52,737 nucleotides of DNA, taken from positions 1 through 52,737 of the forward strand of contig MNZA01000129.1 in NCBI GenBank assembly GCA_001873375.1, written 5' to 3'. The DNA is from Oscillatoriales cyanobacterium CG2_30_44_21. GTDB taxonomy: Bacteria > Cyanobacteriota > Cyanobacteriia > Pseudanabaenales > Pseudanabaenaceae. Shown here in pieces: positions 9,546 to 19,999 of this stretch; position 1 is the first letter of the stretch, and each line of letters opens with the position of its first letter. A program made the position numbers and the translations under genes. The notes under the pieces are model-generated. The model made no database searches and was not told the DNA's origin. It saw only the letters and a list, made by a program, of their open reading frames with translations.

Positions 9546-11273
9546 CTATGCTTGTTGGGCGATCGGCATTCTCCAGCCAGAACCAAAGGCGCGATCAGTA
9601 ATTTTTAAACCTGGAGCCGCTTGGCGGCGCTTAAACTCAGCAATCTTGACCAACTTCACCACACGCTCAACGATCGCCTGTTCATGCCCAGAATTAATTA
9701 TTTCGGCTTCTGAAAAATGCTGATGGATTAATTTATCGAGAATATCGTCAAGAATATCGTAGGGAGGGAGGGAATCTTGATCGAATTGATCTGGCTTTAG
9801 CTCGGCACTGGGCGGCTTAGTAATAATATTTACAGGAATTATCTCGGCATTATCAAATCCAGATTTTGATTTAATTGCCAATGGAGAACTAGTGCAGTTC
9901 AGCCATTTGCAAAGGTCAAATACCCGCGTTTTCGGCACATCGGCGATCGCTGCCAGACCGCCATTCATATCACCATAGAGAGTGCAGTACCCAACAGAAA
10001 TCTCCGATTTATTGCCCGTGGAGAGCAGCAAATTCCCAAACTTATTGGAAATTGCCATCAATAAACTGCCACGGATTCTTGATTGCAGATTCTCTTCGGT
10101 GACATCGCTAGCTCGCCCCGCAAATATATTTGTCAGACTCGATTCAAACGCCGCCATCATTGGTTGAATGGGAATAGTTTGCGTGGTAATTCCTAAATTA
10201 TCAGCTAAGGCGATCGCGTCAGTAATGGAATGCTCCGAACTGTAAGGAGAAGGCATTAAAACCCCCAGTACATTTTTGCTGCTGATCGCTTCGGCGGCGA
10301 TCGCGGCGACTAGCGCCGAGTCAATGCCCCCACTCAAGCCAATTACAACTTGCTTAAATCGACATTTCCGCACATAGTCACGAACTCCTAACACCAGCGC
10401 CGCAAAAATTTCTGCTTCATCACTTTCGTAACCCCATAAACCCAAAGTTTGGGAGCGCGGCTTAGCCGCGCTCCCAAAATCAATAACTAATAAATCTTCC
10501 TCAAAGCTCTTACCGCAAGCGATCATTTTGCCATCGCGATTAAAAGCCATACTGCGCCCATCAAAAATCAAGTCATCATTTGCGCCAACTTGATTGGCAT
10601 AGATCAATGGCAAATTATGCACAATCGCGCTATGACTCAGCATATCTTCGCGCAATTTTTGCTTTTTAACCGCATAGGGCGAAGCAGAGAGATTAATTAA
10701 TAAATCTAAGGCATGGTTCTGGGTCAACTCTGCCACAGGATCTTCTGCATAGTTGCGTTTATCCCAAAACTTTTGATCGTTCCAAATGTCTTCGCAGATA
10801 GTTACACCGATTTGCAAAGCGTCACCATTCTTGAAGTTAAGTGTAAAAATTTGGCTCCCATGCCCCACCGCAAAATAGCGATCTTCATCAAATACGTCAT
10901 AGCTTGGCAACAATCGCTTATGAAAAACCTGCTTGATCTTGCCATCTTGCAGCAGAGCTGCACTATTAAAAAGTGGCTTTCCCCCCACTTTAGCCGCATC
11001 AGGGTTAGGACAAACCGTGCCGACAATAACTGCAATGTCTGACGGAATCTTGCTGGCAAGAATAGCGATCGCTGTCTCCATGTCGTCCACAAACTGTTGA
11101 CTCATCAACAAGTCGCGGGGTGGATAGCCACAGATCGATAGCTCTGGCGTGATCACCAGCGATACTCCTTTCGCAGCAAACTCTTGGATAGCAGTTAACA
11201 GGCGATCGCAATTACCAACTAGATCGCCGATGACTGGATTAAGTTGAGCGACACCAAAAGTTAGAGGCGACAT
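9546..11273 (-). CDS. nadE: Glutamine-dependent NAD+ synthetase
   Basis: Nitrilase domain (PELSICGYPP, ICEDIW) plus synthetase motifs SGGIDS, ENLQSRIRG, PPSAEL. Confidence 0.97.
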   Translation of the reverse strand: MSPLTFGVAQLNPVIGDLVGNCDRLLTAIQEFAAKGVSLVITPELSICGYPPRDLLMSQQFVDDMETAIAILASKIPSDIAVIVGTVCPNPDAAKVGGKPLFNSAALLQDGKIKQVFHKRLLPSYDVFDEDRYFAVGHGSQIFTLNFKNGDALQIGVTICEDIWNDQKFWDKRNYAEDPVAELTQNHALDLLINLSASPYAVKKQKLREDMLSHSAIVHNLPLIYANQVGANDDLIFDGRSMAFNRDGKMIACGKSFEEDLLVIDFGSAAKPRSQTLGLWGYESDEAEIFAALVLGVRDYVRKCRFKQVVIGLSGGIDSALVAAIAAEAISSKNVLGVLMPSPYSSEHSITDAIALADNLGITTQTIPIQPMMAAFESSLTNIFAGRASDVTEENLQSRIRGSLLMAISNKFGNLLLSTGNKSEISVGYCTLYGDMNGGLAAIADVPKTRVFDLCKWLNCTSSPLAIKSKSGFDNAEIIPVNIITKPPSAELKPDQFDQDSLPPYDILDDILDKLIHQHFSEAEIINSGHEQAIVERVVKLVKIAEFKRRQAAPGLKITDRAFGSGWRMPIAQQA

Positions 11274-11383
11274 GGCAGTGTTGAGTTAGTTGTGTAAGTA
11301 GTGGGAAACCATGGCGTGTGAGCCATATCTTTAGATTCTAATTTTTATATTATAGTTAAATCCACCAAAAATAGTATCTATCT

Positions 11384-11446
11384 TATAGCTGTAGCCACTC
11401 GTTTCTTGGGTTTTGGTTTGTCTCAATTCAAGTGACTGTGGCTATA
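11384..11446. mobile_element. Internally deleted family 1 element
   Basis: Both termini retained, left arm and core lost. Confidence 0.7.
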
Positions 11447-11564
11447 CAACGAAGCTCCAATTTTTAAGTGTGCAGCTTTGCAGCTAAAAAAATAAAAGCA
11501 CGGCAGAGCCGCGCTTTTATTTTTTGGATTTTAAATCAGCGCTTTGCGCTAATTTAAAATTTGC

Positions 11565-12182
11565 TTATTTCAAGAAACAGGTATGCAGCCACATCACCAA
11601 TAAAATAATTGCCATTTGGATTGAACTAGGAAAAAGCCCTTCACCAACTAATCTCGATAAGACTAAAAACTGGTCAGTCAGAGCCGCTAAAGCAACGCCA
11701 AAACTGATCCCCGCTAGGGAAATCAGTAAGGCTCTACCAAAACGATTTTCTTTGCGAGTTAGCAAATAAACACTAGCAGTTAGCCCAATCGACAACCAAA
11801 TAGAAGACGCAGGCACAAACAGATTAATGATGCCTAGCCCTGTAAAAATCCCCAGCGAAATGTAAATATCCTTTGGGTCAGGATTATCTAATAGTCGCGA
11901 CAACCAGCTAGGCGTAAGGCGTTGCGTGCTACTTTGAGAAGCAGGCGGTGCGACTGTAGCAACTCGCTCAGGATAACGAATGCGATCAGGCACGGCAATT
12001 CTACCTTCTTTACGCGCTCGTAAACGAGCCATGAGGATGGCATCGTAAGCTAGCTCTATTAATTCTTGTTGAGACTCATCCCCTTCATTTTCGCGCAACA
12101 GGCGATCGCGTGCATCACGCACTTCTTCAAAGGAGGCTTCGTCATTGACTCCTAATTTGTCGTAGGGAGTTGGTTCGCTCAT
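11565..12182 (-). CDS. CPP1-like (DUF3353) J-like membrane protein
   Basis: PYDKLGV..ASFEEV..AR...AYDAILM.RL; C-terminal TM helices. Confidence 0.85.
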   Translation of the reverse strand: MSEPTPYDKLGVNDEASFEEVRDARDRLLRENEGDESQQELIELAYDAILMARLRARKEGRIAVPDRIRYPERVATVAPPASQSSTQRLTPSWLSRLLDNPDPKDIYISLGIFTGLGIINLFVPASSIWLSIGLTASVYLLTRKENRFGRALLISLAGISFGVALAALTDQFLVLSRLVGEGLFPSSIQMAIILLVMWLHTCFLK

Positions 12183-12421
12183 TTTTCCAACTGTTGAATG
12201 TTTATAGAGTGCGATATAGATTTGCTGAGAAAATGGCTAGGCAATTAATCAGAAAATAATTTTGTAGCTTGATGATTAATCATAGTATAACGTTTGCTTT
12301 CCCATAGGTAGTCAAACTCCTTGATATTGTCGATAGAATAATTTTGAAAGCGGTGCTTCGCACCGCTTTCAAAATTATTCTGGGTTTGGGTTTCGCTGTA
12401 GCGGCAATTTATGAACTGCCG

Positions 12422-13126
12422 TTACTCTGATTTTGTGCTGGTATATTTTTGTAAGATCCACGCGCCAACCTCAGTTTGGGATTTTTCGCGGCTAAGTTTT
12501 AATGCCTCTTCAAGATCGGCGATCGCTAATCCACCCAACACCTTTGACTCGGTGATCTGCCGACTCCCACCATTTTCCAACATTTCTAAGACAATAATTT
12601 TCACCTCTTGGACATCAACGATCCAATATTCCTGAGTCCCCAGTTGTTCATAGAGTAAGCGCTTTTTGCCCAAATCATCTTGTAACGTTGAGCTAGATAT
12701 TTCAATGATCAAATTTGGGACAGGGTATTCGTCAAGACTGACAATGGAACTGCTGCGAGGGATAAGAGATGCGATTTCGCCGATGTAATAGGAGATATCT
12801 GGTTGACAGCCTTGAACCCCTGTTTTGACATAACTGCAATTGGTCAAACCTCTAGCAGGAATGTTTTTTAAAGTGCAGTACAAGCTAATTACAAAAATTA
12901 TCAGTGTATTGTCATCTGCGTGTTCAAGACCTACAGGCATGGTTTCGACCCTCATTTGCTTGATTTGATAGGTGTCGTAATAGCATCGCGATTCGGCATA
13001 AAGAGGATTTTCAAGAATCTGTAAAAATTCTTCCCAAGTTGCTCTAGTCCACTGATCGGTAATTATTGGTTGGGAGTAAGTATTTTCTGCCTGTGGTTTG
13101 ATGGGGAGAGGCGCGATCGCTGTCAT
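12422..13126 (-). CDS. Uma2 family endonuclease
   Basis: QPDISYY...PNLIIEISSSTL.DDLGKKRLLYE.LG..EYWIVD. Confidence 0.92.
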   Translation of the reverse strand: MTAIAPLPIKPQAENTYSQPIITDQWTRATWEEFLQILENPLYAESRCYYDTYQIKQMRVETMPVGLEHADDNTLIIFVISLYCTLKNIPARGLTNCSYVKTGVQGCQPDISYYIGEIASLIPRSSSIVSLDEYPVPNLIIEISSSTLQDDLGKKRLLYEQLGTQEYWIVDVQEVKIIVLEMLENGGSRQITESKVLGGLAIADLEEALKLSREKSQTEVGAWILQKYTSTKSE

Positions 13127-13341
13127 TGGTTAATCTCCTAATTTTTGCAACATCTTCAATATGTCTGCATTTTCTAACCGATAATCACGAGATTGATGCA
13201 CTAGGGGTTGTGCAATTTGATAAAGAACCAGATTTTTGGTGGCGCGGCTGCGCCGCGCCACCAAAAATTGGTTCCTTACTTTTTAGCTCAGCCCTAATTG
13301 CTTCAGTATATTTAATCTGGATCTACAATCTGGTAAACCCG

Positions 13342-14328
13342 ATGAATTTAGACTTAATTGTTTCTAACATACTCAATCCGCCGATTTTATTCTTCTTTTT
13401 GGGGATGCTGGCGGTACTGATTAAATCGGATTTAGAAATTCCGCCGCCGATCCCTAAGTTGTTTTCGTTGTATTTATTATTAGCGATCGGGTTTAAAGGT
13501 GGTGTCGAATTGGTCAAAAGTGGTGTTAACCAAGAAGTAATCTTGGCAATGGGAGCGGCAATCCTGATGGCTTGCGTTGTACCAGTCTATTCATTTTTTA
13601 TTCTTAAGATCAAGCTTGACTCATACAATGCTGCTGCGATCGCCGCAACTTACGGATCAATCAGCGCTGTTACTTTTATTACTGCCAGTTCGTTTTTAAG
13701 CCAGCTAGATATTGCCTTTGATGGTTACATGGTGGCGGCGCTTGCCCTGATGGAGTCTCCCGCAATTATTGTGGGCTTAATCCTTGTCAATGTGTTTACT
13801 GCCGAAGAAAAATCTAAAAAAGGCGAAACTAGCGAATTTGCATGGTCAGAGGTTTTGCGCGAAGCTTTTTTGAATAGTTCTGTATTTTTATTGGTAGGCA
13901 GTTTAATTATTGGCTGTCTCACGGGTGAACGCGGCTGGCACGTTCTTTCCCCCTTTACTCAAGATATGTTTTATGGCGTATTGACCTTTTTCTTGATGGA
14001 TATGGGACTAGTCGCTGCCAAACGGATTAAGGATTTACAAAAAACAGGTGTATTTTTGATTGGCTTTGCGATATTGATGCCAATTCTAAATTCGGGTGTG
14101 GGCATTGCGATCGCCAAGTTAATCTCTATGTCGCAGGGTGACGCTTTGTTATTTGCGGTGCTATGTGCCAGTGCGTCCTATATTGCGGTACCTGCGGCGA
14201 TGCGGATGACTGTCCCTGAAGCCAATCCCAGCCTTTACGTTTCGACTGCCTTAGCGGTGACTTTCCCCTTCAATATTATTGTGGGTATTCCTCTGTACTT
14301 GTACGTGATTAATTTGTTTTGGGTGTAG
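13342..14328 (+). CDS. sbtA: Sodium-dependent bicarbonate transport family permease (SbtA-like); start trimmed from 13126
   Basis: YLLLAIGFKGG, YGSISAVTF, MESPAI, SASYIAVPAA motifs; the upstream extension translates a hairpin repeat. Confidence 0.88.
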   Translation: MNLDLIVSNILNPPILFFFLGMLAVLIKSDLEIPPPIPKLFSLYLLLAIGFKGGVELVKSGVNQEVILAMGAAILMACVVPVYSFFILKIKLDSYNAAAIAATYGSISAVTFITASSFLSQLDIAFDGYMVAALALMESPAIIVGLILVNVFTAEEKSKKGETSEFAWSEVLREAFLNSSVFLLVGSLIIGCLTGERGWHVLSPFTQDMFYGVLTFFLMDMGLVAAKRIKDLQKTGVFLIGFAILMPILNSGVGIAIAKLISMSQGDALLFAVLCASASYIAVPAAMRMTVPEANPSLYVSTALAVTFPFNIIVGIPLYLYVINLFWV

Positions 14329-14399
14329 CAAATACAGCGTTTGGCGCTGACTTAAAACCCAGAGAGTTTCGAGTTCAAATTTTTATGAAAGTTAAAACT

Positions 14400-14687
14400 A
14401 TGCAAGCAATTAAAAGAATTGAAATTGTATCCGACTCCGTGGAGTCCCATAAGTTAATTAAGGTTTTGGAGGATGTAAGCGTGTTGAACTACACCGTAAT
14501 CCGCAATGTGATTGGCAAAGGCGTTAAGGGAACTAATTCGGGTGATTTAGATATGAGTATGCTAGAAAATGATTATGTGATTGCTTTTTTCTTGGCTGAT
14601 AAAACTGAGGATCTAATCAAGAAATTAAAGCCAATCACGCAAAAGTTTGGCGGCGTTTGCTATATCTCCGATGCCACAGCTATTTAG
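14400..14687 (+). CDS. sbtB: PII-like SbtB protein (alternative start 14385)
   Basis: KRIEIV...YTVIRNV.GKG..G...GGVCYISDA; downstream of the sbtA-like gene. Confidence 0.82.
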   Translation: MQAIKRIEIVSDSVESHKLIKVLEDVSVLNYTVIRNVIGKGVKGTNSGDLDMSMLENDYVIAFFLADKTEDLIKKLKPITQKFGGVCYISDATAI

Positions 14688-14719
14688 ACAATTTATAAAA
14701 GCACCGCAGAGCCGTGCTT

Positions 14720-16420
14720 TTATAAATTGAAGCGGCGCTTAATTTGATTGGTGAGAATAGTCAGTTCGGGGATTCGCATTTGCAGGGCGATCGCGCCAAA
14801 AATTATCAAGCCGACAGCACTGGCGATCGCTAAACCACCCACTTTTGCGCCAAACTTTGCCAAGGTCGCCAAGCTATCAAAGCTTTGACTGATTAGCTCG
14901 TAAATGCCCCAACTGGCAACCCCTGCGATCGCGCTCGCCAAAATTAAACCCAACAGGGTTAGTCCCCAACTTTTGAGAGGTAAACGATTGAGACGGCGAT
15001 CCAGAAAATAAACCATCGCCAACATGGAAATCACATTCACAGCCACCGTTGCCAACACGATCCCAGCCGCGCCAAATCTTTGTACTAACAAATAATCAAA
15101 TAAGCCATTAAAAAAGATATTAACAATACTGATTTTAAAAGGAGTTTCACCGTCCCCAAGGGCATAGAATACCCGCACCAACACATCGCGTCCCAAATAG
15201 ACAAACATTCCCACCGCATAAGCCATCAATACCACAGCCGTTAGCCGCGAAGCTTCGGCATCAAACGCATAGCGCTCATAAACCACCTGCGAAATTGGCA
15301 AAGACAGAGCCACCATCACCGCACTAATGGGCAGCATCGTTAAAGCCGTCAGCATCAATCCTTGACGAATACGTTGCTTGAGTTCATCCCAATTTTCAGG
15401 ACTGGTGAGCTTCGATAGCACAGGAAACAATGGCACAAGGATCACATTTGACAAAATCCCCAGAGGTGTCTGCACGAGTAGCCCCGCATAGCCCATCGCC
15501 GACACAGCCGCCGCCGCATTGGGAATAAAAGACGCAAAAAATAAATCTGTCCACACATTAATTTGCAACATTCCCGATGAAAAGGTCGCGGGAATCATGA
15601 TCCGCATCACTTCTTTGACTTCAGGACGTTGCCAATCAAACTTGAGTTTAAAGCCCCCCATACCCGCTTTCATCTGCACAGGTAACTGCACCAACCACTG
15701 CAAAACTGCCCCCGCAAGGGTTGACCATGCCAAGACTGCGCCGCCGAGTACTGCATTTTCGGGCGACAAAATGCCATTGCCCAATGTCCAAAATAGTCCG
15801 CCAATGCCAATCAACACCGTCAAACTAGAAAAAATCGGACTTACGGAAGGCAGCCAGTAAGCGTCGGCAGCATTAAGCGCACCAAACCCGATCCCCACTA
15901 GCCCAGCCAATACTGCCATCGGAGCCATGATCTGAAACTGCTGGATCGCAATGTCTTTGGTGATCTTTAAATTTTGAATGACTTCAGGGGTAATCCCCTT
16001 AGCAATTAGATCGGCTTCGGGAACGAATAGCCCAGGAGCCACCAGATGCATCAATGGTTCGGCAAAAATTACCAGCGCAATGCTCACCAATAGCAAAATC
16101 CCTGTAACGATGGTGGTGATGCTATCGATAATGTCGGCAAATTCGCGGCGATCGCGTTTGGACAACACACTAATGATCGCACTATGAAAAGGACCGTTAA
16201 TACCACCCAGCAAAATCAATAAAAACCCAGGGATCACATAGGCAAAATTGTATGCACCATAAGCCGTGCCATTGCCAAAAGCCGCCGCGATCGCCACTTG
16301 ACGCAATAGTCCAAATATTTTGCTCACCAATGTGGCAACCGCCACAATCGTGGCGATATTTAGAAGCGATCGCTTGAGTGATTGGTTATTTTGCGAGATA
16401 TCTTCTTCGTTGCCCGACAA
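14720..16420 (-). CDS. murJ: Lipid II flippase MurJ/MviN
   Basis: SKIFGLLRQ...GGINGPFHSA, RVFYALGD..TP. Confidence 0.95.
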   Translation of the reverse strand: MSGNEEDISQNNQSLKRSLLNIATIVAVATLVSKIFGLLRQVAIAAAFGNGTAYGAYNFAYVIPGFLLILLGGINGPFHSAIISVLSKRDRREFADIIDSITTIVTGILLLVSIALVIFAEPLMHLVAPGLFVPEADLIAKGITPEVIQNLKITKDIAIQQFQIMAPMAVLAGLVGIGFGALNAADAYWLPSVSPIFSSLTVLIGIGGLFWTLGNGILSPENAVLGGAVLAWSTLAGAVLQWLVQLPVQMKAGMGGFKLKFDWQRPEVKEVMRIMIPATFSSGMLQINVWTDLFFASFIPNAAAAVSAMGYAGLLVQTPLGILSNVILVPLFPVLSKLTSPENWDELKQRIRQGLMLTALTMLPISAVMVALSLPISQVVYERYAFDAEASRLTAVVLMAYAVGMFVYLGRDVLVRVFYALGDGETPFKISIVNIFFNGLFDYLLVQRFGAAGIVLATVAVNVISMLAMVYFLDRRLNRLPLKSWGLTLLGLILASAIAGVASWGIYELISQSFDSLATLAKFGAKVGGLAIASAVGLIIFGAIALQMRIPELTILTNQIKRRFNL

Positions 16421-16634
16421 AATTGGTAATGCCTCATAACAAGTTGTTCTGAGAAATGTAGCATCAAATTAATGAACAACCAGATTTTTGATGGCGCGGC
16501 TACGCCGCACCATCAAAAATTGGTTTTATATTTTTAGGGCTGCGCCTCAAAATATAAAACCCACAAAAGCAACAGCAGTGCAAAGCACTGTGTTTACTTT
16601 TGTGGGTTTTGATCAGTTCTAGCTAATTCAGAGA

Positions 16635-16937
16635 TTAGTACAGAGCTTCTTCTTGGTGAGTCAAGATTTCACAATCAGACTGAGCATAGGTTACGCAAAG
16701 AAGAGCATAGCCAGCTTCAATTTGGTCGTCATCTAAGAAAGATTGATCGCCTTGATCAATTTCACCCTTGAGAACTTTACCAGCGCAAGAAGAACAAGCA
16801 CCAGCACGGCAAGAATAAGGAAGATCGATACCTTGGGCTTCAGCAACATCAAGAATGTATTCGTCAGCAGGTACTTCGATAGTCTTATCAAGACCATCGG
16901 CTTCGTTGATTAGTCTTACTTTGTAAATAGCAGCCAT
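16635..16937 (-). CDS. petF: Plant-type [2Fe-2S] ferredoxin I
   Basis: [16 protein letters not shown]...DQSFLDDDQ...LLCV...THQEEALY. Confidence 0.97.
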   Translation of the reverse strand: MAAIYKVRLINEADGLDKTIEVPADEYILDVAEAQGIDLPYSCRAGACSSCAGKVLKGEIDQGDQSFLDDDQIEAGYALLCVTYAQSDCEILTHQEEALY

Positions 16938-17505
16938 ATTATGTAATGAACCTCTTAAAGATTTTAGCCAAAATGATAAATACAGCCTTAAACTGCGCCT
17001 AAGTAAAGCATCTCAGCGAAGTCGTATTTATTTTAGTTACCAATAAAGGTATCAAGACGCATCATATCGCTCTTGGCATCCATGCAGTCAACTAGCTTTT
17101 TATATCTACCATTAGTCATAGGTGATATTTATAGCCTGCTTTGCAAGTAATTGAAACAGCTATAAATATCTTTGGATAAAGCTTTCAGCCATTTTTAAAA
17201 GGCTTTAAATCGATGAGTTTTCATTTAGATTATAATTTTTAAAATAAGTTTTTCTAATCTTATCTACAGCAACAATCATAAGCCTAGTTCTGATATAAAA
17301 ATTCAATCATTCAAATCCCAAATCACCCGAAAAGTTTCTTGCTGCGCTCTAAGAAAGCGCAAAGCGCTGTAATCTAAAATTATAGTCACTTGTCTCAAGA
17401 CGAACCAATAAGTAGCTAGACCAGAGTTTGTTCCGCCCGCGTAGCGGGCGGAACAAACTCTGGTCTTAGAGAAATGGCTAACTTGCTTTGCTATAGAAAT
17501 ATAAA

Positions 17506-17610
17506 TACAGCGCTTTGCGCTGAATTAAAACCCAGATAAATTTTGGGAAGCAGCGCTTCACGCTGCTTCCCAAAATTTATCTGTACTACTCAAAGCCTCA
17601 ATAGGCTGTA
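17506..17610. mobile_element. MITE-like element family 2 copy
   Basis: TACAGCGCTTTGCGCT ... AAAGCCTCAATAGGCTGTA with central hairpin. Confidence 0.8.
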
Positions 17611-17633
17611 TCGGGAAAACAATTATTAAGAGA

Positions 17634-18569
17634 ATGCCCAAGAAAGTCTTTATTACAGGAGCAAGTGGTTGTGTCGGTCATTATTTGATTGAAATGCTGC
17701 TCGAAAAAACTAACTACGAGCTTTACTTACTAGTTCGCGATCGCCGCAAGCTGCAAATCAATCTCAGCGATCGCCCTAATGTGCATATCATCGAAGACTC
17801 AATGCAAAGTATTGGTAATTATGGCGAATTACTAAAAACTATGGAGTTTGTCGTCAGTACGGCGGCTGGCTGGGGCGGCGATGAAGCCTTCGTGGTCAAT
17901 CGCGATAAAACTATTGAGCTATTTTCTTCTCTTGATCCCCAAATATGTGAGCGAGCGATCTATTTCTCCACAGCCAGCATCCTCGACTCTCACAATCAAA
18001 TTATTCCTGAAGCAGGGAAATTTGGGACAGCTTACATCGCCTCGAAACACGCTTGTCTTGAAACTTTAGAAAATTCCATAATTCGCGATCGCCTAATTAC
18101 CGTCTTCCCCACCCTCGTCTTCGGTGGCGCAGATGATAAGCCCTATTCGCACTTGTCAAGGGGACTCAAGGACATTCTCAAATATGTGCCATACGCCAGA
18201 TTTCTTAAAACTGATGGCAGTTTTCATTTTATTCATGCGATCGATATCTCGCAAATTATTACCCATTTATTGACTACGCCAACCTTACCCAAGTCACCAG
18301 CTCGATTGGTCTTAGGAATGTCAAGATTAACCGCTCAAGATTTGATTGCCCAATTTTGTGAACATCTAAACCTCAAAGTTCGCTGGCAATTAGAAATTAC
18401 GCCATTTATTTTGGACATCGTAATCAAATTATTTCGCATCGAAGTAGCCGAGTGGGATCGCTTCTGTATTGCCCAACGGCACTTTACCTATGATGTTGTC
18501 TCTCCTGAAACCTTTGGACTCACATCCAAGTATCCTCGTTTAGCCAATTTACTTGATGAGGTCAAATAA
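17634..18569 (+). CDS. NAD(P)-dependent epimerase/dehydratase family protein
   Basis: ITGASGCVG Rossmann motif, YIASK catalytic motif. Confidence 0.88.
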   Translation: MPKKVFITGASGCVGHYLIEMLLEKTNYELYLLVRDRRKLQINLSDRPNVHIIEDSMQSIGNYGELLKTMEFVVSTAAGWGGDEAFVVNRDKTIELFSSLDPQICERAIYFSTASILDSHNQIIPEAGKFGTAYIASKHACLETLENSIIRDRLITVFPTLVFGGADDKPYSHLSRGLKDILKYVPYARFLKTDGSFHFIHAIDISQIITHLLTTPTLPKSPARLVLGMSRLTAQDLIAQFCEHLNLKVRWQLEITPFILDIVIKLFRIEVAEWDRFCIAQRHFTYDVVSPETFGLTSKYPRLANLLDEVK

Positions 18570-18604
18570 AGAAAGGGATAGCGAAATTCGTTATCCCTTT
18601 TTTT
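18570..18604. terminator. Likely bidirectional intrinsic terminator
   Basis: aaagggatagcgaa-a-ttcgttatcccttt plus T tract, between convergent genes. Confidence 0.65.
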
Positions 18605-18614
18605 GTTTGTAGAC

Positions 18615-19670
18615 TTAAGCTTCAATTACAGCTTCTTCTTCTAATACAGGCTCTTCCGCCGCATCAGCGACAACTTCTTCAGGAATTTCAGCCTCTTCCA
18701 TAGCATCAGGAACTTCATACTCTTCCTCTTCTGCAATTGGCGGCGCTGCGATTTCCATTGCCGCAGGAGGGGCGTTGAGTTGTTCACGATACTTAGCTGC
18801 CATCTCTTCAGCCTTGTCATAGACCAACTGCGGATCTTTGACCATATCTCCAGGCTCAGACTCAAGTTGCTTGGTAGACAGAGAGATTCTTCCGCGTTCG
18901 GCATCTAGATCAATAATCATCACCTTGACTTCATCATTAACGTTGAAAACGTTGTGAGGAGTTTCAATGTGTTCATGGGAGATTTCGGAAATGTGGAGCA
19001 GACCACTGACACCACCGATGTCGATAAATGCACCGTAGGGCTTGATACCACGGACTACACCAATGACGACTTCGCCGACTTCCAGCTTGTTCATCTTGCG
19101 TTCAACAAGGGCGCGACGATGACTGAGGACAAGGCGGTTACGGTCTTCATCGACTTCTAAAAACTTGAGGGGCAACTCTTCGCCAACCAATTCTTCCTTG
19201 GGCTTGCGAGTGCTGATATGAGATCCAGGAATAAATCCGCGTAAGCCTTCGATTCTGACCAACGCCCCACCACGGTTGGTCGCAAAAATAAGCGATCGCA
19301 CAGTGGCATCTTCGGCTTGCAACTGACGGACGCGCTCCCAAGCCCGCATATACTCAATGCGGCGAATGGAAAGGGTTAGCTGTCCTTCTTCATTTTCATC
19401 AGCCAGAATGAAAAACTCACGAGTTTCATTATTTTGTAGAACTTCTTCGGCTTGGTCAACTCGGTTGATCGACATCTCTTGAACAGGGATGTACGCTGCT
19501 GTCTTTGCCCCAATGTCAATGAGTGCTCCTCTAGGCTCAATGCTGAATACTGTGCCTGCAACAATGTCGCCAGGGCTGAAGTGATAGTCGTATTTATCTA
19601 AAAGCTTTGCAAAATCTTCATGTGTGAAGCCGACATTGGTGGTTTTAGCAGTCTTTGCCCGATTGATCAT
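18615..19670 (-). CDS. rpsA: 30S ribosomal protein S1 (cyanobacterial three-domain form)
   Basis: GFTHEDFA.LLDKYDY...GALIDIGAKTAA...GLLHISEIS. Confidence 0.97.
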   Translation of the reverse strand: MINRAKTAKTTNVGFTHEDFAKLLDKYDYHFSPGDIVAGTVFSIEPRGALIDIGAKTAAYIPVQEMSINRVDQAEEVLQNNETREFFILADENEEGQLTLSIRRIEYMRAWERVRQLQAEDATVRSLIFATNRGGALVRIEGLRGFIPGSHISTRKPKEELVGEELPLKFLEVDEDRNRLVLSHRRALVERKMNKLEVGEVVIGVVRGIKPYGAFIDIGGVSGLLHISEISHEHIETPHNVFNVNDEVKVMIIDLDAERGRISLSTKQLESEPGDMVKDPQLVYDKAEEMAAKYREQLNAPPAAMEIAAPPIAEEEEYEVPDAMEEAEIPEEVVADAAEEPVLEEEAVIEA

Positions 19671-19699
19671 AACTAAATTTTTTCCTTGTTCCTGTTTTA

Positions 19700-19785
19700 A
19701 ATTTATCTGGTTTCCTCCCAGAAATGTAAGAGCATTGGCTAATAAAGCTTATTGCGGTTTACATCCTACGCTTACTCATATCGTT
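19700..19785 (-). promoter_or_regulatory. Structured rpsA leader, candidate cyano-S1 (cyano-30S) RNA motif
   Basis: Minus strand GGATGTAA ... TTACATTT can pair; located in the S1 5' UTR. Confidence 0.45.
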
Positions 19786-19999
19786 GATATTTTAAGTAAG
19801 ACCTGTAAGCATAGGTCGATGATTATAGCGTACTTGAGCTATATCTTGAAAGTGTTGAAAATATTACATGGCAATTCCAGATTCCAAAATCAGCAAATAA
19901 TTAAGTAGCTCAACGTAATTGAGACCTATGCCTAGCTAGTTACAGCGCAAAGCGCTGTAGCGTTGATTTTAATTTAGATATATCGAATAAATGGATTTG

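Noticed and set aside
12422-13126. Uma2 endonuclease as the mobiliser of the hairpins or as a defence system
   Set aside because: Uma2 genes are common and multicopy in cyanobacteria, and nothing here links this one specifically to the repeats.
13126-13341. N-terminal extension of SbtA
   Set aside because: It runs through a hairpin repeat; family similarity starts at ATG 13342.
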